From a virus (lineage: Duplodnaviria > Caudoviricetes), in IMG/VR virus record IMGVR_UViG_3300028886_000058, positions 1-64,000 of that record: DNA of 64,000 nucleotides, one strand, 5' to 3'. A program made the translations under genes and the position numbers. Below, in pieces: positions 26,985-37,025 of this stretch. The first letter of the stretch is position 1. Every line of letters begins with the position of its first letter. The notes under the pieces were generated by a model, which was not told the origin of the DNA, made no database searches, and worked only from the letters and a program-made list of their open reading frames with translations.

Positions 26985-27157
26985 TAGTAACAATACTAGT
27001 AACAAGAAGGCTGAAGCGTATGAAATACTTGAAGAACGATTCCCAGACGAAGGGAAGAGACAATTAAATAAAACATTATATTTCAAGCATTTCATGAAAT
27101 AAAAAGTTTATACAGATGAGTAGAGATGGGTTCTACTGCATACAGTACTAGTAACAA
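26985..27157. other. Candidate attP
   Basis: Three TAGTAACAA direct repeats (26985, 26997, 27149); core TTCCC-AGACGAA-GGGAA (27040-27056); flanking inverted repeat 27020-27033/27082-27095. Confidence 0.6.
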
Positions 27158-27217
27158 TTTCTTTAATTTAGAACACCCGCTGGGTGTTTTAAGTTTTGGA
27201 AATTTTAGGAGGGAAAA

Positions 27218-27412
27218 ATGGCAAAGGAAGTTGTGAAACGAATTTGGACAGTAAAGTGCTACAAATGTGGTACGCTTTATATTCCAGAATACGTCAAAGA
27301 CGGATATTTCGAAAGATGTCCAGTTTGTGGATGCACGCTCAACGACAATCTTAATATTATATCTCCATGGAAATACAAATGGATTCGATTTTGGAGAAAT
27401 ATAAAGAGGTGA
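27218..27412 (+). CDS. Zn-ribbon protein
   Basis: CYKCG, CPVCG; RBS AGGAGG. Confidence 0.6.
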   Translation: MAKEVVKRIWTVKCYKCGTLYIPEYVKDGYFERCPVCGCTLNDNLNIISPWKYKWIRFWRNIKR

Positions 27413-27416
27413 TTCT

Positions 27417-27809
27417 ATGCCAAACGAGGTTGAACTGTTGGTTGAATGGCAAAAAAGACTTGGATTGCAAGATTGGCTTATTGAACTTCAGACAAATGTA
27501 TCTCCAGAGGAAATGGACTTACAGTATGCGGACGGATGTGTTGCTTACGAAGAGACAGTTAAAGCTGCGAGAATACAAACAATAGACCCGTCAAAGCGCT
27601 TGGAAACAAACACTGAGGAAAAAATAGTATGTCTAAGACCATTCAATTTTGAAGAGGTTTTAGTACATGAACTTTTACATTTAAAGTTTTGTTTACTTGA
27701 AAAGGGAACTAACTGGGAAAAGAAGCTTCAACTAAGAATGCTTCATCAGATAATCGACGATCTTTCGAGGGCTTTAGTTAATGCTAAGGAGTATAAGAAT
27801 GAAAAATGA
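27417..27809 (+). CDS. Zincin-like (HExxH) protein
   Basis: LVHELLH. Confidence 0.6.
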   Translation: MPNEVELLVEWQKRLGLQDWLIELQTNVSPEEMDLQYADGCVAYEETVKAARIQTIDPSKRLETNTEEKIVCLRPFNFEEVLVHELLHLKFCLLEKGTNWEKKLQLRMLHQIIDDLSRALVNAKEYKNEK

Positions 27810-28350
27810 TTTAAGTGTATGGACTTATCCGTATCGTAAAACATATTACTTAACTCATCCATGGGCATGGATAAAAGAAACCTATTGGAACTTCAGAAAC
27901 TGGTGGCACAGAGGAAGGTATGGGTTTGCTTATGTGGATGCGTGGAATTGGTGTGACTGGTGGACCAAAGTTGGAGCCGAAGCTATAAAATATCTTGCAG
28001 ATAATGGTCATGGATATCCTGGTGTTCAGCCGTGGGATACTCCAGATGTATGGAAAGATTATTTATACGATGTGGCAGAAGATCTTGAATGGTGTTCTAA
28101 ATCATGTGATTTTGACGGCGAAGAAAATAACGAATATTACAAGGCTTTTAAACATGCAATGGATAAAGCATGGCATGAAACTAAAGATGAGAACGGATTT
28201 ATTAAAATAACATTTGATTTATCTCCAGAAGACGAAGAAATAAAAGATAATTACTTTAAGAAAACAAAAGAACTAACAAAAGAAAATGAATTGAAACGTG
28301 AAAAAATATTAGGAGAAATAGGTAGAAATTTACCTAGATTTTGGGACTAA
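27781..28350 (+). CDS. Trp-rich hypothetical protein (start likely 27799)
   Basis: RBS AAGGAG. Confidence 0.65.
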   Translation: MLRSIRMKNDLSVWTYPYRKTYYLTHPWAWIKETYWNFRNWWHRGRYGFAYVDAWNWCDWWTKVGAEAIKYLADNGHGYPGVQPWDTPDVWKDYLYDVAEDLEWCSKSCDFDGEENNEYYKAFKHAMDKAWHETKDENGFIKITFDLSPEDEEIKDNYFKKTKELTKENELKREKILGEIGRNLPRFWD

Positions 28351-28730
28351 TGAAAAAAGCAACTATCGAAGATATGGAACTTGGTAACTTAATATTCGGT
28401 AACAGTCGCGGGGAATATGTAGTTCCAAGAGATGAGCATCAAGATTTGTTTCAGGAATTTCTGGAAAACAACGGCTTCGACGCGTATGGACATTATAAAA
28501 ACAAAGAATACTTTGAAAATAAGACATTTATTATAAGACCGTATTATTGGGGAGAGGACGAGGCAATAGCTCAACTCCCTAATTTTGTTTATAAACTAAT
28601 GAACTTTGAGATTAACTGGTACAAGTATCCAATGCGTGATGCTTATAGCAACCAAGATATAAACATTGAAACATTTAAAAGTATACTAAACGACTGTGAA
28701 GATTCAATGAAGGAGAATTTTAATGGATAG
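28341..28730 (+). CDS. Hypothetical protein
   Basis: ORF in operon. Confidence 0.65.
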   Translation: MGLMKKATIEDMELGNLIFGNSRGEYVVPRDEHQDLFQEFLENNGFDAYGHYKNKEYFENKTFIIRPYYWGEDEAIAQLPNFVYKLMNFEINWYKYPMRDAYSNQDINIETFKSILNDCEDSMKENFNG

Positions 28731-28911
28731 ATGTACAGATCCAGTTGGTGGATTTCGTCATGTGTGCCCTGTTTGCAATAAAGAATTTTATGCCGGTGCT
28801 GAATGGGTATACAGGAAAACCATTAGAACAAAAAAGTCTTATGCAAATTTGTATCTTTGCTCATGGACTTGTTTCAGAAAGATAGAAAGGGGTGAATGGA
28901 ATGGACTATGA
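28723..28911 (+). CDS. Small Zn-finger protein
   Basis: CPVC..CSWTC. Confidence 0.6.
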   Translation: MDRCTDPVGGFRHVCPVCNKEFYAGAEWVYRKTIRTKKSYANLYLCSWTCFRKIERGEWNGL

Positions 28912-29359
28912 ATGGATTCACGATGATATAACGTGGTGTGGTAATGAATGCCATTATTTAGAGTGCGAAAGAAACATTGCTAATAGATTAAGCAAGGAAG
29001 GCTTGTTCTCAATGGCTATGTTCAGAAATACTGAAACATGTCCGTTATATGAAAGAGAAAAATATTATTTCATTACAGTATTCAGTAGACTTGATTTGGA
29101 TGAAAAAGGATGGACTGACACAGGAAACAGAAGATGCTGGGGCTTTTATAAAGACAAGGATAGGGCTTTCCAAGCAGTTCATGAAAATTGGACAGATCTA
29201 AATGAAACTATCTATGACTATGCTTTAATCGAAGAATACGAAGAAGGAATTTCCGGACTGACTGGATTTAGACAGTTCTTTAAATTTGATGGAAAAGGAT
29301 ATGTAGAAATAGAGGAGCCAAAAGGCTATGGACTATTTAGTGGATTCGCATTGGGCTGA
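28892..29359 (+). CDS. Hypothetical protein
   Basis: ORF in operon, Cys-rich N-terminus. Confidence 0.6.
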   Translation: MNGMDYEWIHDDITWCGNECHYLECERNIANRLSKEGLFSMAMFRNTETCPLYEREKYYFITVFSRLDLDEKGWTDTGNRRCWGFYKDKDRAFQAVHENWTDLNETIYDYALIEEYEEGISGLTGFRQFFKFDGKGYVEIEEPKGYGLFSGFALG

Positions 29360-29570
29360 AGTTGAGTGTGAAGATGTGTGTGAATATGCGCCAAGAGGAT
29401 ATAAATGGCCTTGTATTGATTGCGATTATATACACTTTAGTAAGGCAAAACCAATAAGATGTTGTAACTGCGCATGGAAAGATGAATGTAATGGTGGATT
29501 TGAATTCCCTTGTTCAAGAGCATGGTTAGATCCCTTTGTACAAAACTCTAATCTTTTAAACGAAACGTAA
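29328..29570 (+). CDS. Cys-rich hypothetical protein
   Basis: RBS GAGGAG. Confidence 0.5.
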   Translation: MDYLVDSHWAEVECEDVCEYAPRGYKWPCIDCDYIHFSKAKPIRCCNCAWKDECNGGFEFPCSRAWLDPFVQNSNLLNET

Positions 29571-29577
29571 AGTCGAT

Positions 29578-29631
29578 AAAAAAAGGGGACTTACGTCCCC
29601 TCAGGGTACTACTTATGTAGTACCCTTTTTT
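29578..29631. terminator. Back-to-back terminators where the two arms converge
   Basis: A7-GGGGAC/GTCCCC and AGGGTACTAC/GTAGTACCCT-T-run. Confidence 0.85.
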
Positions 29632-29929
29632 ATTCGCTTCTAAGTGCGTTGTGAAGCATAAGCACATAAGCTTCAATTTCCGCATCAACAGAAGCTAAAT
29701 CTACATTAATCCCAGAAGCCGTTAAACGTTCCTGAACCCACTTTTTCTTTTCCGGCCCCTGATCAACAGCAAAGATCTGTTCGGCAGCTTCAACATACAT
29801 ATGAATAGTGTTGTTTACATCTTCAAGCTGTTCCCTAGTATATTTCTTTTTAAGAACCGGAATAACAAAAGCCACAAGCACAAAACATACAACCTTAAGA
29901 ACAATAGACACGATATCATTAATACTCAT
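29630..29929 (-). CDS. Holin (LL-H-like)
   Basis: N-terminal TM helix; YVEAAEQ..G.EKK, IEA.V. Confidence 0.8.
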   Translation of the reverse strand: MSINDIVSIVLKVVCFVLVAFVIPVLKKKYTREQLEDVNNTIHMYVEAAEQIFAVDQGPEKKKWVQERLTASGINVDLASVDAEIEAYVLMLHNALRSE

Positions 29930-29940
29930 AATAACCCTCC

Positions 29941-30231
29941 TTAACCGTTGCTTTCATCTTCTTCGTCTTCTTCCTGAGCATAAAGACTCTTGCGCTTACC
30001 AAAGGCAATAGCAATTTTCTCAGTAGCTGAATTAGTTGTATAAGTTCCCATGTTGACTATCATAATAGTATCAACACCAGCACTTAAATCAACTAAAGCA
30101 TTGGCTACTTCAGGACGAAAAAGGACAACAATAAAATTTAATATCCGATATAACATCCAGAAAATAGTCACACAAGTGGCTATTCTTTTAGAGTACTGTA
30201 TAAATTTCTTACTGGTATTCATTCTATTCAC
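29941..30231 (-). CDS. Membrane protein (lysis module)
   Basis: Two hydrophobic segments. Confidence 0.6.
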   Translation of the reverse strand: MNRMNTSKKFIQYSKRIATCVTIFWMLYRILNFIVVLFRPEVANALVDLSAGVDTIMIVNMGTYTTNSATEKIAIAFGKRKSLYAQEEDEEDESNG

Positions 30232-30235
30232 CAGC

Positions 30236-30913
30236 TTATTCTTCGTCTTCGTCTTCTTCGAATGGCTGACCGTTGTCCATTAAGAAGCTTCGATTCTTTT
30301 TGCAATCATGGTAGATCTCCATGATATATTCAAAGTCATCCGTATAGACATCGTTCTTCATACCATATTTAGAAATAAGAGTTTCGTATTCTTTGTTTTC
30401 TTTAATGATATTACGGAAGTCTCTTACTGTGTGTTTACGCCCGTTCATGCATGAGTTTGCGAAGTCCAGAACGTGCGTTTTAATCTGACGTATTGTTTGC
30501 ATATCGTTTGACTTTTCCATAGCATCAAGACGATCTTTTAATAACAAACAATTGTCATGTGTGCCAGACTGCATATCACCTATACTTTTGTTTGTGCTTG
30601 TTTCGAATCCGTCTAAGTCATCCCTTAGTTCTTTAATCTGCCTTTCATAATCATCTTTTAATTCTTGAATCTTTGCTTCTCTGTCTTTCTTTACACCTTC
30701 AAATTGCAAAGCCGTGCTTTTCTTTAAGTCAGCAACGTCTTTACGAACATCACGGGTGAAAGCCTTACCAAACCAGCCAATAACCCAGCCAAGAGGATCA
30801 ATTTCCTTTTTGGCTATTTTAAATAAACAAGATAATATGAATAAGAAAATAATTACAGAAAAGCCAACGTGATTTATTATCCATTGACCAACTGCTTTAG
30901 ATATTTCGCCCAT
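30236..30913 (-). CDS. Membrane-anchored coiled-coil protein (lysis module)
   Basis: N-terminal TM, IDPLGW, coiled coil. Confidence 0.6.
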   Translation of the reverse strand: MGEISKAVGQWIINHVGFSVIIFLFILSCLFKIAKKEIDPLGWVIGWFGKAFTRDVRKDVADLKKSTALQFEGVKKDREAKIQELKDDYERQIKELRDDLDGFETSTNKSIGDMQSGTHDNCLLLKDRLDAMEKSNDMQTIRQIKTHVLDFANSCMNGRKHTVRDFRNIIKENKEYETLISKYGMKNDVYTDDFEYIMEIYHDCKKNRSFLMDNGQPFEEDEDEE

Positions 30914-30925
30914 ATAGGGTCACTC

Positions 30926-31213
30926 CTATACGTTCAACGAAAGTTTTAATGCATCGTATAATTCCTTAGCAGCAGCTTTAGATATGCTGATTGTAACGAT
31001 ATCGTCTTCGCTTTCGTCTTCAAAATTTAGATACTTAGTCATTACATATCCCGTATAGGCATTGTAAACAGCTTTACACCATACAACACCTTTTTCGAGA
31101 ACCGCAATAACAGAACCGTTAGGTATGCTAGTGATTCTATTAGACTTAATATCAGTATCTTCGCGCATGTTTAAAGAGCCGCCGATGACTGTTGCGTATT
31201 CCACTAGAATCAC
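30926..31213 (-). CDS. Stand-alone SH3b cell-wall-binding protein
   Basis: LNMR, IPNG, WCK..Y....GYVM.KYL. Confidence 0.75.
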   Translation of the reverse strand: MILVEYATVIGGSLNMREDTDIKSNRITSIPNGSVIAVLEKGVVWCKAVYNAYTGYVMTKYLNFEDESEDDIVTISISKAAAKELYDALKLSLNV

Positions 31214-31222
31214 CTCCTTTAA

Positions 31223-31951
31223 TTAATAGTCTCCCTTGCCATCCCCAATTATGTCAAGGAATTTAGCCATCATATATCCAGTATATTTGTCATATGTGAC
31301 TTTGCACCACTCTTCACCGGGTGAAACAATATTTATAATTGTTCCAAGAGGAAGCCTTGTTATAAGAGATGCGCTCAAACTTGGTGCCTTACGAAGGTTA
31401 ACAGTTTTACCGGATGGTGCAACAAGAACAGCTTGAGTTCCAGAAGTAGGAATTGGAGTAGGGGATGCTTCTACAAGCTGCCTTGATTTTCCGTGATAGT
31501 TCCAAGGACATTTCCTGTTTTGGTCGAGCCTTGTATCTATTGTCATTTTAGAACTCATATGACGGATCTGGAATGGGTTTAAACTATAAACCACACCAGC
31601 GTGATAATAGTCTGTAGTATCTCCGTTGTAATACTTTCCGCCGTTACGATAACGAGACGGGAGATCCCATCCGCTCTTTCCTTGGTCTACGCCTTTCAAA
31701 ACGATATCGCCAAGTTCAAGTTGCTTAATATCTTTTATTGGTTCAAGTCCTACTATTTCTTTTCTTGCAGCCCAGTTAGAACCATGAATTCCAGTCCACT
31801 TAAGTCCCATGCGACGAATTGCACCGATTATTAAACCAATACAGTCGCAATATCCATCAGAACCATCTCCAGGCTCACGGCGCTTTGGGTTTAAATTGTA
31901 AATAACCAATACTTTAGCCAAAAACTTTTTTACAGCTTCTTCATATGTCAT
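31223..31951 (-). CDS. Endolysin (NlpC/P60-like peptidase plus SH3b)
   Basis: DCIGLI, YHAGV, C-terminal SH3b; in the lysis module with the holin. Confidence 0.78.
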   Translation of the reverse strand: MTYEEAVKKFLAKVLVIYNLNPKRREPGDGSDGYCDCIGLIIGAIRRMGLKWTGIHGSNWAARKEIVGLEPIKDIKQLELGDIVLKGVDQGKSGWDLPSRYRNGGKYYNGDTTDYYHAGVVYSLNPFQIRHMSSKMTIDTRLDQNRKCPWNYHGKSRQLVEASPTPIPTSGTQAVLVAPSGKTVNLRKAPSLSASLITRLPLGTIINIVSPGEEWCKVTYDKYTGYMMAKFLDIIGDGKGDY

Positions 31952-31975
31952 ATAGTTTCACCTCCTTTGAGAAAA

Positions 31976-32015
31976 TAAATAAAACGGTATAGTTAGTATA
32001 ACCATACCGTTTATT
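31976..32015 (-). terminator. Terminator-like hairpin
   Basis: ACGGTAT/ATACCGT stem with A/T tracts. Confidence 0.5.
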
Positions 32016-32022
32016 GCGACCT

Positions 32023-32994
32023 TTAAGTTGATAGGCATTGCACCTTAAACTCCGCAAGCTGTTCCGCTGTCATGTTAATCGGCAAGACAGCCCCAGAATC
32101 ATTTGGATCTGTTTTCCACACAACAACCACAGCGTTATATCCGCTTGGCACTTCAAACTCAAGATTGTTTTCATACGACCAAGTGTAATCGCTTGCGGTT
32201 TCTGTGTATCTCTTTCTGTCAGCGATATAATACTGCGATCCGTTTGCATTCTCGTTAGTATTATTTGCTCGTGTTGTTGTATCAAAGAATATTGCTCTTG
32301 CACCATAGCTTGCATTCAGACCGATGCATTTTATTTTTGCTGTCCCTGTCGGTATTTCCATAGGAACGGGATAACCAATGTTCTCATATACACGCTTTTG
32401 ATTAGATCCTGCATCTCCATTTGTTAATTCTGTTGGAGTTGCCATTTGATAGTTATATCCGGAATCAGCTTTGTTTATTGCCATGCTTGCACAAAGCAGC
32501 TCCCCGTCATAGCTTTGCACAGCGTTCATCATTGTCAAATAACCATTGTATTCTGTATGACCGGTGTATCCGATATTGCAGTTCGTCTTTGTGAAATTGT
32601 TGTTTCCGCTTTGGTTCGGGTCTGTTAGCGTGTTTGCTATAACAATCCCTGTCAGGTATGTGTCTACACTTACAACAACGGAACATGTATCAGAATACGA
32701 TCCACTTGTTGCATTAATTGTACAGGAACCTACACCAACTGCCGTGACAAGTCCGTTCGTTACTGTTGCCACGCTTTCATCAGAAGAACTCCATACAACA
32801 GGGTCAACAGAATTTGACGGCGTTACCGTTGCAGACAGTAATGTCGTATCTCCTATTGTAGTTATTTCTGCTGAAGAAGGTGAAACATCAATTGCAGTAG
32901 TATGCGCTCCGTCAAATGAAATGGTTGTCACCTTGTTTGTTGAAAAATCCGCGCCTTTAATAACCAAAGCCTTTGCCATGATTACTCCCTCCAA
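32023..32994 (-). CDS. Ig-like (Big_2) domain virion protein
   Basis: LSATVTP.N...VVWSSSDESVATV..G.VTAVG.G. Confidence 0.8.
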   Translation of the reverse strand: MEGVIMAKALVIKGADFSTNKVTTISFDGAHTTAIDVSPSSAEITTIGDTTLLSATVTPSNSVDPVVWSSSDESVATVTNGLVTAVGVGSCTINATSGSYSDTCSVVVSVDTYLTGIVIANTLTDPNQSGNNNFTKTNCNIGYTGHTEYNGYLTMMNAVQSYDGELLCASMAINKADSGYNYQMATPTELTNGDAGSNQKRVYENIGYPVPMEIPTGTAKIKCIGLNASYGARAIFFDTTTRANNTNENANGSQYYIADRKRYTETASDYTWSYENNLEFEVPSGYNAVVVVWKTDPNDSGAVLPINMTAEQLAEFKVQCLST

Positions 32995-34976
32995 TCCAAC
33001 TTAATGAATCCGTCACCGATTTCGTTTTCATAAACAATTCTTCCGATTGCATCCGTTGCGCTGTTTATCACAACCATGCTACCGCTGGACAAACCCACAT
33101 AATCGCCAAGATTGAAGGATGTAATCCCAACCCTGTCCGTTCTGACATAACCGCTCACTTGGATGTATGCGTCTGTGCTGTCCTCATATACGACCACGCC
33201 ATGCGCCGTATCAGCACTTGTTGCTGTTCTCCACTTCGGGCCATTTTCAGTATCGGCGTACCACTCTACAACATCCCCAACGGAAAGGTCTGTCCTCGGA
33301 TCAATCACGATATCGCCTGTGTTATAAAGCATTCCGGTTGGAAGGTCATAAAGCGGAGATTTTCCACATACACCCATAACCCTTGCGTGTGAAACGCTGT
33401 CAGGCATTGTGCTTCTGATCCACATGAAGTCGCAATCTATGAACGTATACACACTTTTCCCGGGCTGGGTTTCTTCACTGATAGAAGAATCACCAATTCT
33501 GAACCCATGCCCTTTGCAATGCACAAGCCGACATTGCAATCTGTAATTCTGTACTGCACTTGCATGAAGACCCGCATTTTCTCCGAAGTCGCAATCAATG
33601 AACTCATAGTAACCACCACTTATCGGACATCCTGCCCCGTATGTGGTTTCCGGACTGTATGCAATGTTATACCCACGGAAGATGCAGTTTTTTACCAACC
33701 GTTTCAAATGCTTCGCCCCGTTGAACTGCCAATCATCATGCACACAGTAACGGAGATTTGTTGCGATCACAGTAAGGTTTTCAATGGAACTTGTCCCTTG
33801 CAGATTAAGTGTACTGATTTGTCCTCTGTATTTTTGCGTCCATTCTGTTGTATCAAGGTATCCATTCAGCACGATTTCGGAAGGATCACCAATTCCTACA
33901 AGGCTCATACCATTTAGCAGTTTCGGGCCGACAAAGCCTTCCTGTGTTGACGGGGAAGTAGGATCGTCATCGTCATGGATATTTGCGATCTCTTCGTCCG
34001 TATAATCGTCAAGCACATCATATGTGCCTGGATAGATTTCAATCCTGTACGGATTCAGCACATCATTCGCCGTCAAACCTATTGCTTCAAGGCAATCCTT
34101 CAGATTCGTATAATTGCCCGTCCCGTCCTTTTTGATTGTTACGACAGTAGGCTCAATCGGAACATCCCCAAGAACAGACAGCTCAAATGTGATATCCAGC
34201 GTTCGAGAAAATGCAGACGATGAATAAACACCGGAAATCGAATTACAATCCGTTGTTACAATGTGTTCATAATATGCAGAATCACCCCGGACAAAAGATG
34301 CGATTTCCTTGCTACCTTCATAATATGTGACGGGCGAACCATACTCCCACGGCTTTGCTCCGTATTCCATGTGCAGAACAACCTTCTGCCCTTTTTTGAA
34401 AGATCTGTTGATTGTCAACGATAGCGCCGTCCTGTTGAACGATCCTGTTACTGAATACGTTGTGTATCTCCGTCCGTCAAACTGCTTTACAATGAAACCA
34501 CCATCGGCAAACCTTGCAATAGCGTTCCCATTCGTGTCGGTAATGTCTATATCAGGATCAGTTTCTTCCGTAGCCTTGACAATTACATCTTGCGTCCCGG
34601 CATCCGAACTGTCAAAATTCTTTGTCTGAATATGCCCGCCAGCAAGACGCAGAATAACGTTTCCGTTTGCATCCGAAATATCAAGATCAACATCTGTTTC
34701 TGTGCTGTCTTTCTGTTCCGGCAAACCGTTAATTTCGTTCAATAAATTGCTATGATCCGTCGCATGTTTGTCAGCACTAACTACCTTATCGGTATCTCCA
34801 ATACCAGCTGTGTCGTCAATTTCAACACCGCCATTCTGATCCATCCAAACAGGATTCAGACTATTATTAAGTCCGAGCACCTGACCTTCAGTCCCTACTG
34901 TGGCAGGCGCATTAAGTTTTTTTATAATATCTTTATAAAGATCTCCGCTTAATTTAATAGATCCTGTTACTGCCAT
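32982..34976 (-). CDS. Tailspike-like protein with pectin-lyase-type beta-helix
   Basis: VTIKKDGTGNYT, IEIYPGTY, IENLT, YCVHDD; shared N-terminal IDDTAG module. Confidence 0.65.
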   Translation of the reverse strand: MAVTGSIKLSGDLYKDIIKKLNAPATVGTEGQVLGLNNSLNPVWMDQNGGVEIDDTAGIGDTDKVVSADKHATDHSNLLNEINGLPEQKDSTETDVDLDISDANGNVILRLAGGHIQTKNFDSSDAGTQDVIVKATEETDPDIDITDTNGNAIARFADGGFIVKQFDGRRYTTYSVTGSFNRTALSLTINRSFKKGQKVVLHMEYGAKPWEYGSPVTYYEGSKEIASFVRGDSAYYEHIVTTDCNSISGVYSSSAFSRTLDITFELSVLGDVPIEPTVVTIKKDGTGNYTNLKDCLEAIGLTANDVLNPYRIEIYPGTYDVLDDYTDEEIANIHDDDDPTSPSTQEGFVGPKLLNGMSLVGIGDPSEIVLNGYLDTTEWTQKYRGQISTLNLQGTSSIENLTVIATNLRYCVHDDWQFNGAKHLKRLVKNCIFRGYNIAYSPETTYGAGCPISGGYYEFIDCDFGENAGLHASAVQNYRLQCRLVHCKGHGFRIGDSSISEETQPGKSVYTFIDCDFMWIRSTMPDSVSHARVMGVCGKSPLYDLPTGMLYNTGDIVIDPRTDLSVGDVVEWYADTENGPKWRTATSADTAHGVVVYEDSTDAYIQVSGYVRTDRVGITSFNLGDYVGLSSGSMVVINSATDAIGRIVYENEIGDGFIKLDWRE

Positions 34977-34992
34977 ATTCTAATCACCTTCC

Positions 34993-36480
34993 TTATTCAG
35001 GGTTAACGTCAGTAATAAACAGCGTTATTGAACCACTTGGTGCCCCCGGCAAAATCATTATGGAAATGGCTACATTCGAGCTGTTCAGCGTATAGCTAAG
35101 ACTTGTATAGTACTTTTCTGTAGCGCTGTTATATCCGATCACGTTTGACTTGTCAGACAGCCTATTCCTTACAAGGTTAACGCCCACATTTGCGTACCTC
35201 GGTGTGTCGCCAGAGTTAGCCATAACTGGAACAGTAACACTAATTACGTTCGTGTTGTCTTTCCATATAGGATTCCCGAAAGTATTTAACGAGAGAAACT
35301 GACCCGTTGTCCCTGCAACAGAAGGCGCATCAAGCTTACCGCTGATGTCTGGTATATCACTCGAATCGGCTTTATCAGATAATTCGCTTACAATCTTATC
35401 TGCACTCCAAATCTTATCAGTGTCACCAGATCCAGCCGTATCATCTATTGGAATGGAAGGGATGTCTGTAATTTTTGCTAGTTTTGTCCCACCAGAACTA
35501 TCGTCGTTACATCCGACATACACATCACCGGAAAGTCGTTCATTACCGTTCCAGTCAAGTGTACGGGCATTCTTTTTTGCTGATGAAGCTGATCCTTTAC
35601 CAACAATCTCTATATAATTTCCTCTATTAGAAGCTGAAGCCGTTGATGGGTCTGCAATGTTATATGATCCAAATGCATGCTGATATGCATGGTTCGCTAC
35701 TGTACCCATTCCTTCAGCATGTGAATATGTTCCGCTTGCGGTTGTAGTATATCCTTCTGCATGAGCAGCGGTTGCAGTCGCTTTAGTAACATATCCCTCT
35801 GCATGTGAATATTTTCCACTTGCCGTCGTAGCCATTCCTTCTGCGTGAGAATATTGTGCTGAAGCAGTCGTTGTGCCGCCTTCAGCATGTGCTCCTTCAG
35901 CAGATGCTGTTGTTGAAGTGCCTTCTGCGTGTGCTCCATCTGCAGTAGCGGATGCTCGATGTCCTTCTGCATGAGCTCCATAAGCAGAAGATCCAGATCC
36001 AGAATTCGCTCTAGTTTGATATCCTTCAGCGTGGTCAGCTTTTCCCAACGCACCACGTCCTGTATCTCCTATGCCTTCAGCGTGGCTGTATTCACCAGAA
36101 GCTATAACAGATGAACCAAACGCAAAGCTACCAGTTCCTGTGTTTCCTGATCTTCCACGACTAAGCGTAGTGTCTAAAATAGTATTTTCTTTATCTGCTT
36201 TGTTGGAAATATCTACAGTTGTCCAAGATCTTCCGCCTTCACCATCTGTAGAAAGTACCTGACCATTAGTTCCTTCTTCGGAAGGTTCATTTATTTTTGA
36301 ACTAAGTTCGTTATATGTTTTGTCTGCAGACCAGACTTTGTCTGTATCTCCTTGACCAGATTCGTCGTCAATAATTGCGACTGAAGTTTCTGATATTCTT
36401 TTACGGAGATCTTTATATAATACTTGTCCGTCTGCAAGAGTCATTAATTTTTTAAGTATATCCATATGCTCACCTCGCAT
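34993..36480 (-). CDS. Fibre protein with YadA-head-like HAEG repeats
   Basis: About 10 tandem 14-aa (S/A)HAEG..T.AS repeats. Confidence 0.75.
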   Translation of the reverse strand: MRGEHMDILKKLMTLADGQVLYKDLRKRISETSVAIIDDESGQGDTDKVWSADKTYNELSSKINEPSEEGTNGQVLSTDGEGGRSWTTVDISNKADKENTILDTTLSRGRSGNTGTGSFAFGSSVIASGEYSHAEGIGDTGRGALGKADHAEGYQTRANSGSGSSAYGAHAEGHRASATADGAHAEGTSTTASAEGAHAEGGTTTASAQYSHAEGMATTASGKYSHAEGYVTKATATAAHAEGYTTTASGTYSHAEGMGTVANHAYQHAFGSYNIADPSTASASNRGNYIEIVGKGSASSAKKNARTLDWNGNERLSGDVYVGCNDDSSGGTKLAKITDIPSIPIDDTAGSGDTDKIWSADKIVSELSDKADSSDIPDISGKLDAPSVAGTTGQFLSLNTFGNPIWKDNTNVISVTVPVMANSGDTPRYANVGVNLVRNRLSDKSNVIGYNSATEKYYTSLSYTLNSSNVAISIMILPGAPSGSITLFITDVNPE

Positions 36481-36566
36481 TATGTTATAAGAGCATAAAA
36501 AATGGCAGTTTTACGGATCTGCCAACCGAAATAAGTTAGTTATGTATTACCGTTAATTGCGACCTT

Positions 36567-36668
36567 TTAATTGCCAGAATGCCGCAGTAAAATAACTAAA
36601 CAGATTACACATTCAAGCAGAACGGTTGCAACCGCTCCCGTTATAATCCCACGGATAAAGTCCGTCAT
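36567..36668 (-). CDS. 33-aa single-TM protein (not in ORF track)
   Basis: MTDFIRGIITGAVATVLLECVICLVILLRHSGN; ATG overlaps the upstream stop. Confidence 0.5.
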   Translation of the reverse strand: MTDFIRGIITGAVATVLLECVICLVILLRHSGN

Positions 36669-37003
36669 TCTTCGGTTTCCTCATTGGGTTCCGGTTCCGG
36701 GGGTGTCATGTCCGGGAAAGCACCCTTGCTGTCACGCATGATCTGCCGTCCGTCCGCACGGGTCAGAGTGACCGTCCACATGGCACGGTTGTTCGCCGTG
36801 AGGAAAGCAGATACACGGCTGTAGAATTCTGCCTGTGCAACTTCCAAAGCACGGGATTCGTCCCCGTTGGGGTTCTGCTCTGTTGCTCCATAGTTCCGTG
36901 AATCATAGTTCTTCGGATAGTCCGGTACAACGGACATAATCCCTTCCGGGTGAGAATCGGAAACAACCACCTGCGTTGCGTTTACTGTGAAAATGTTCCT
37001 CAT
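36665..37003 (-). CDS. Hypothetical tail-associated protein (PEPEP tail)
   Basis: RBS; resembles 41088-41399. Confidence 0.65.
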   Translation of the reverse strand: MRNIFTVNATQVVVSDSHPEGIMSVVPDYPKNYDSRNYGATEQNPNGDESRALEVAQAEFYSRVSAFLTANNRAMWTVTLTRADGRQIMRDSKGAFPDMTPPEPEPNEETEE

Positions 37004-37025
37004 GTTTATTACCGTCCTTTCTGAT

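Noticed and set aside
27040-27056. tRNA-Arg fragment at the att core
   Set aside because: Only a 5-bp stem with a 7-nt loop lacking the conserved U before ACG; no other tRNA arms.
35700-36090. CRISPR-like periodic repeats
   Set aside because: The 42-nt periodicity comes from coding HAEG repeats; there are no spacers or cas genes. The 9225 nuclease is a stand-alone phage PD-(D/E)XK enzyme.
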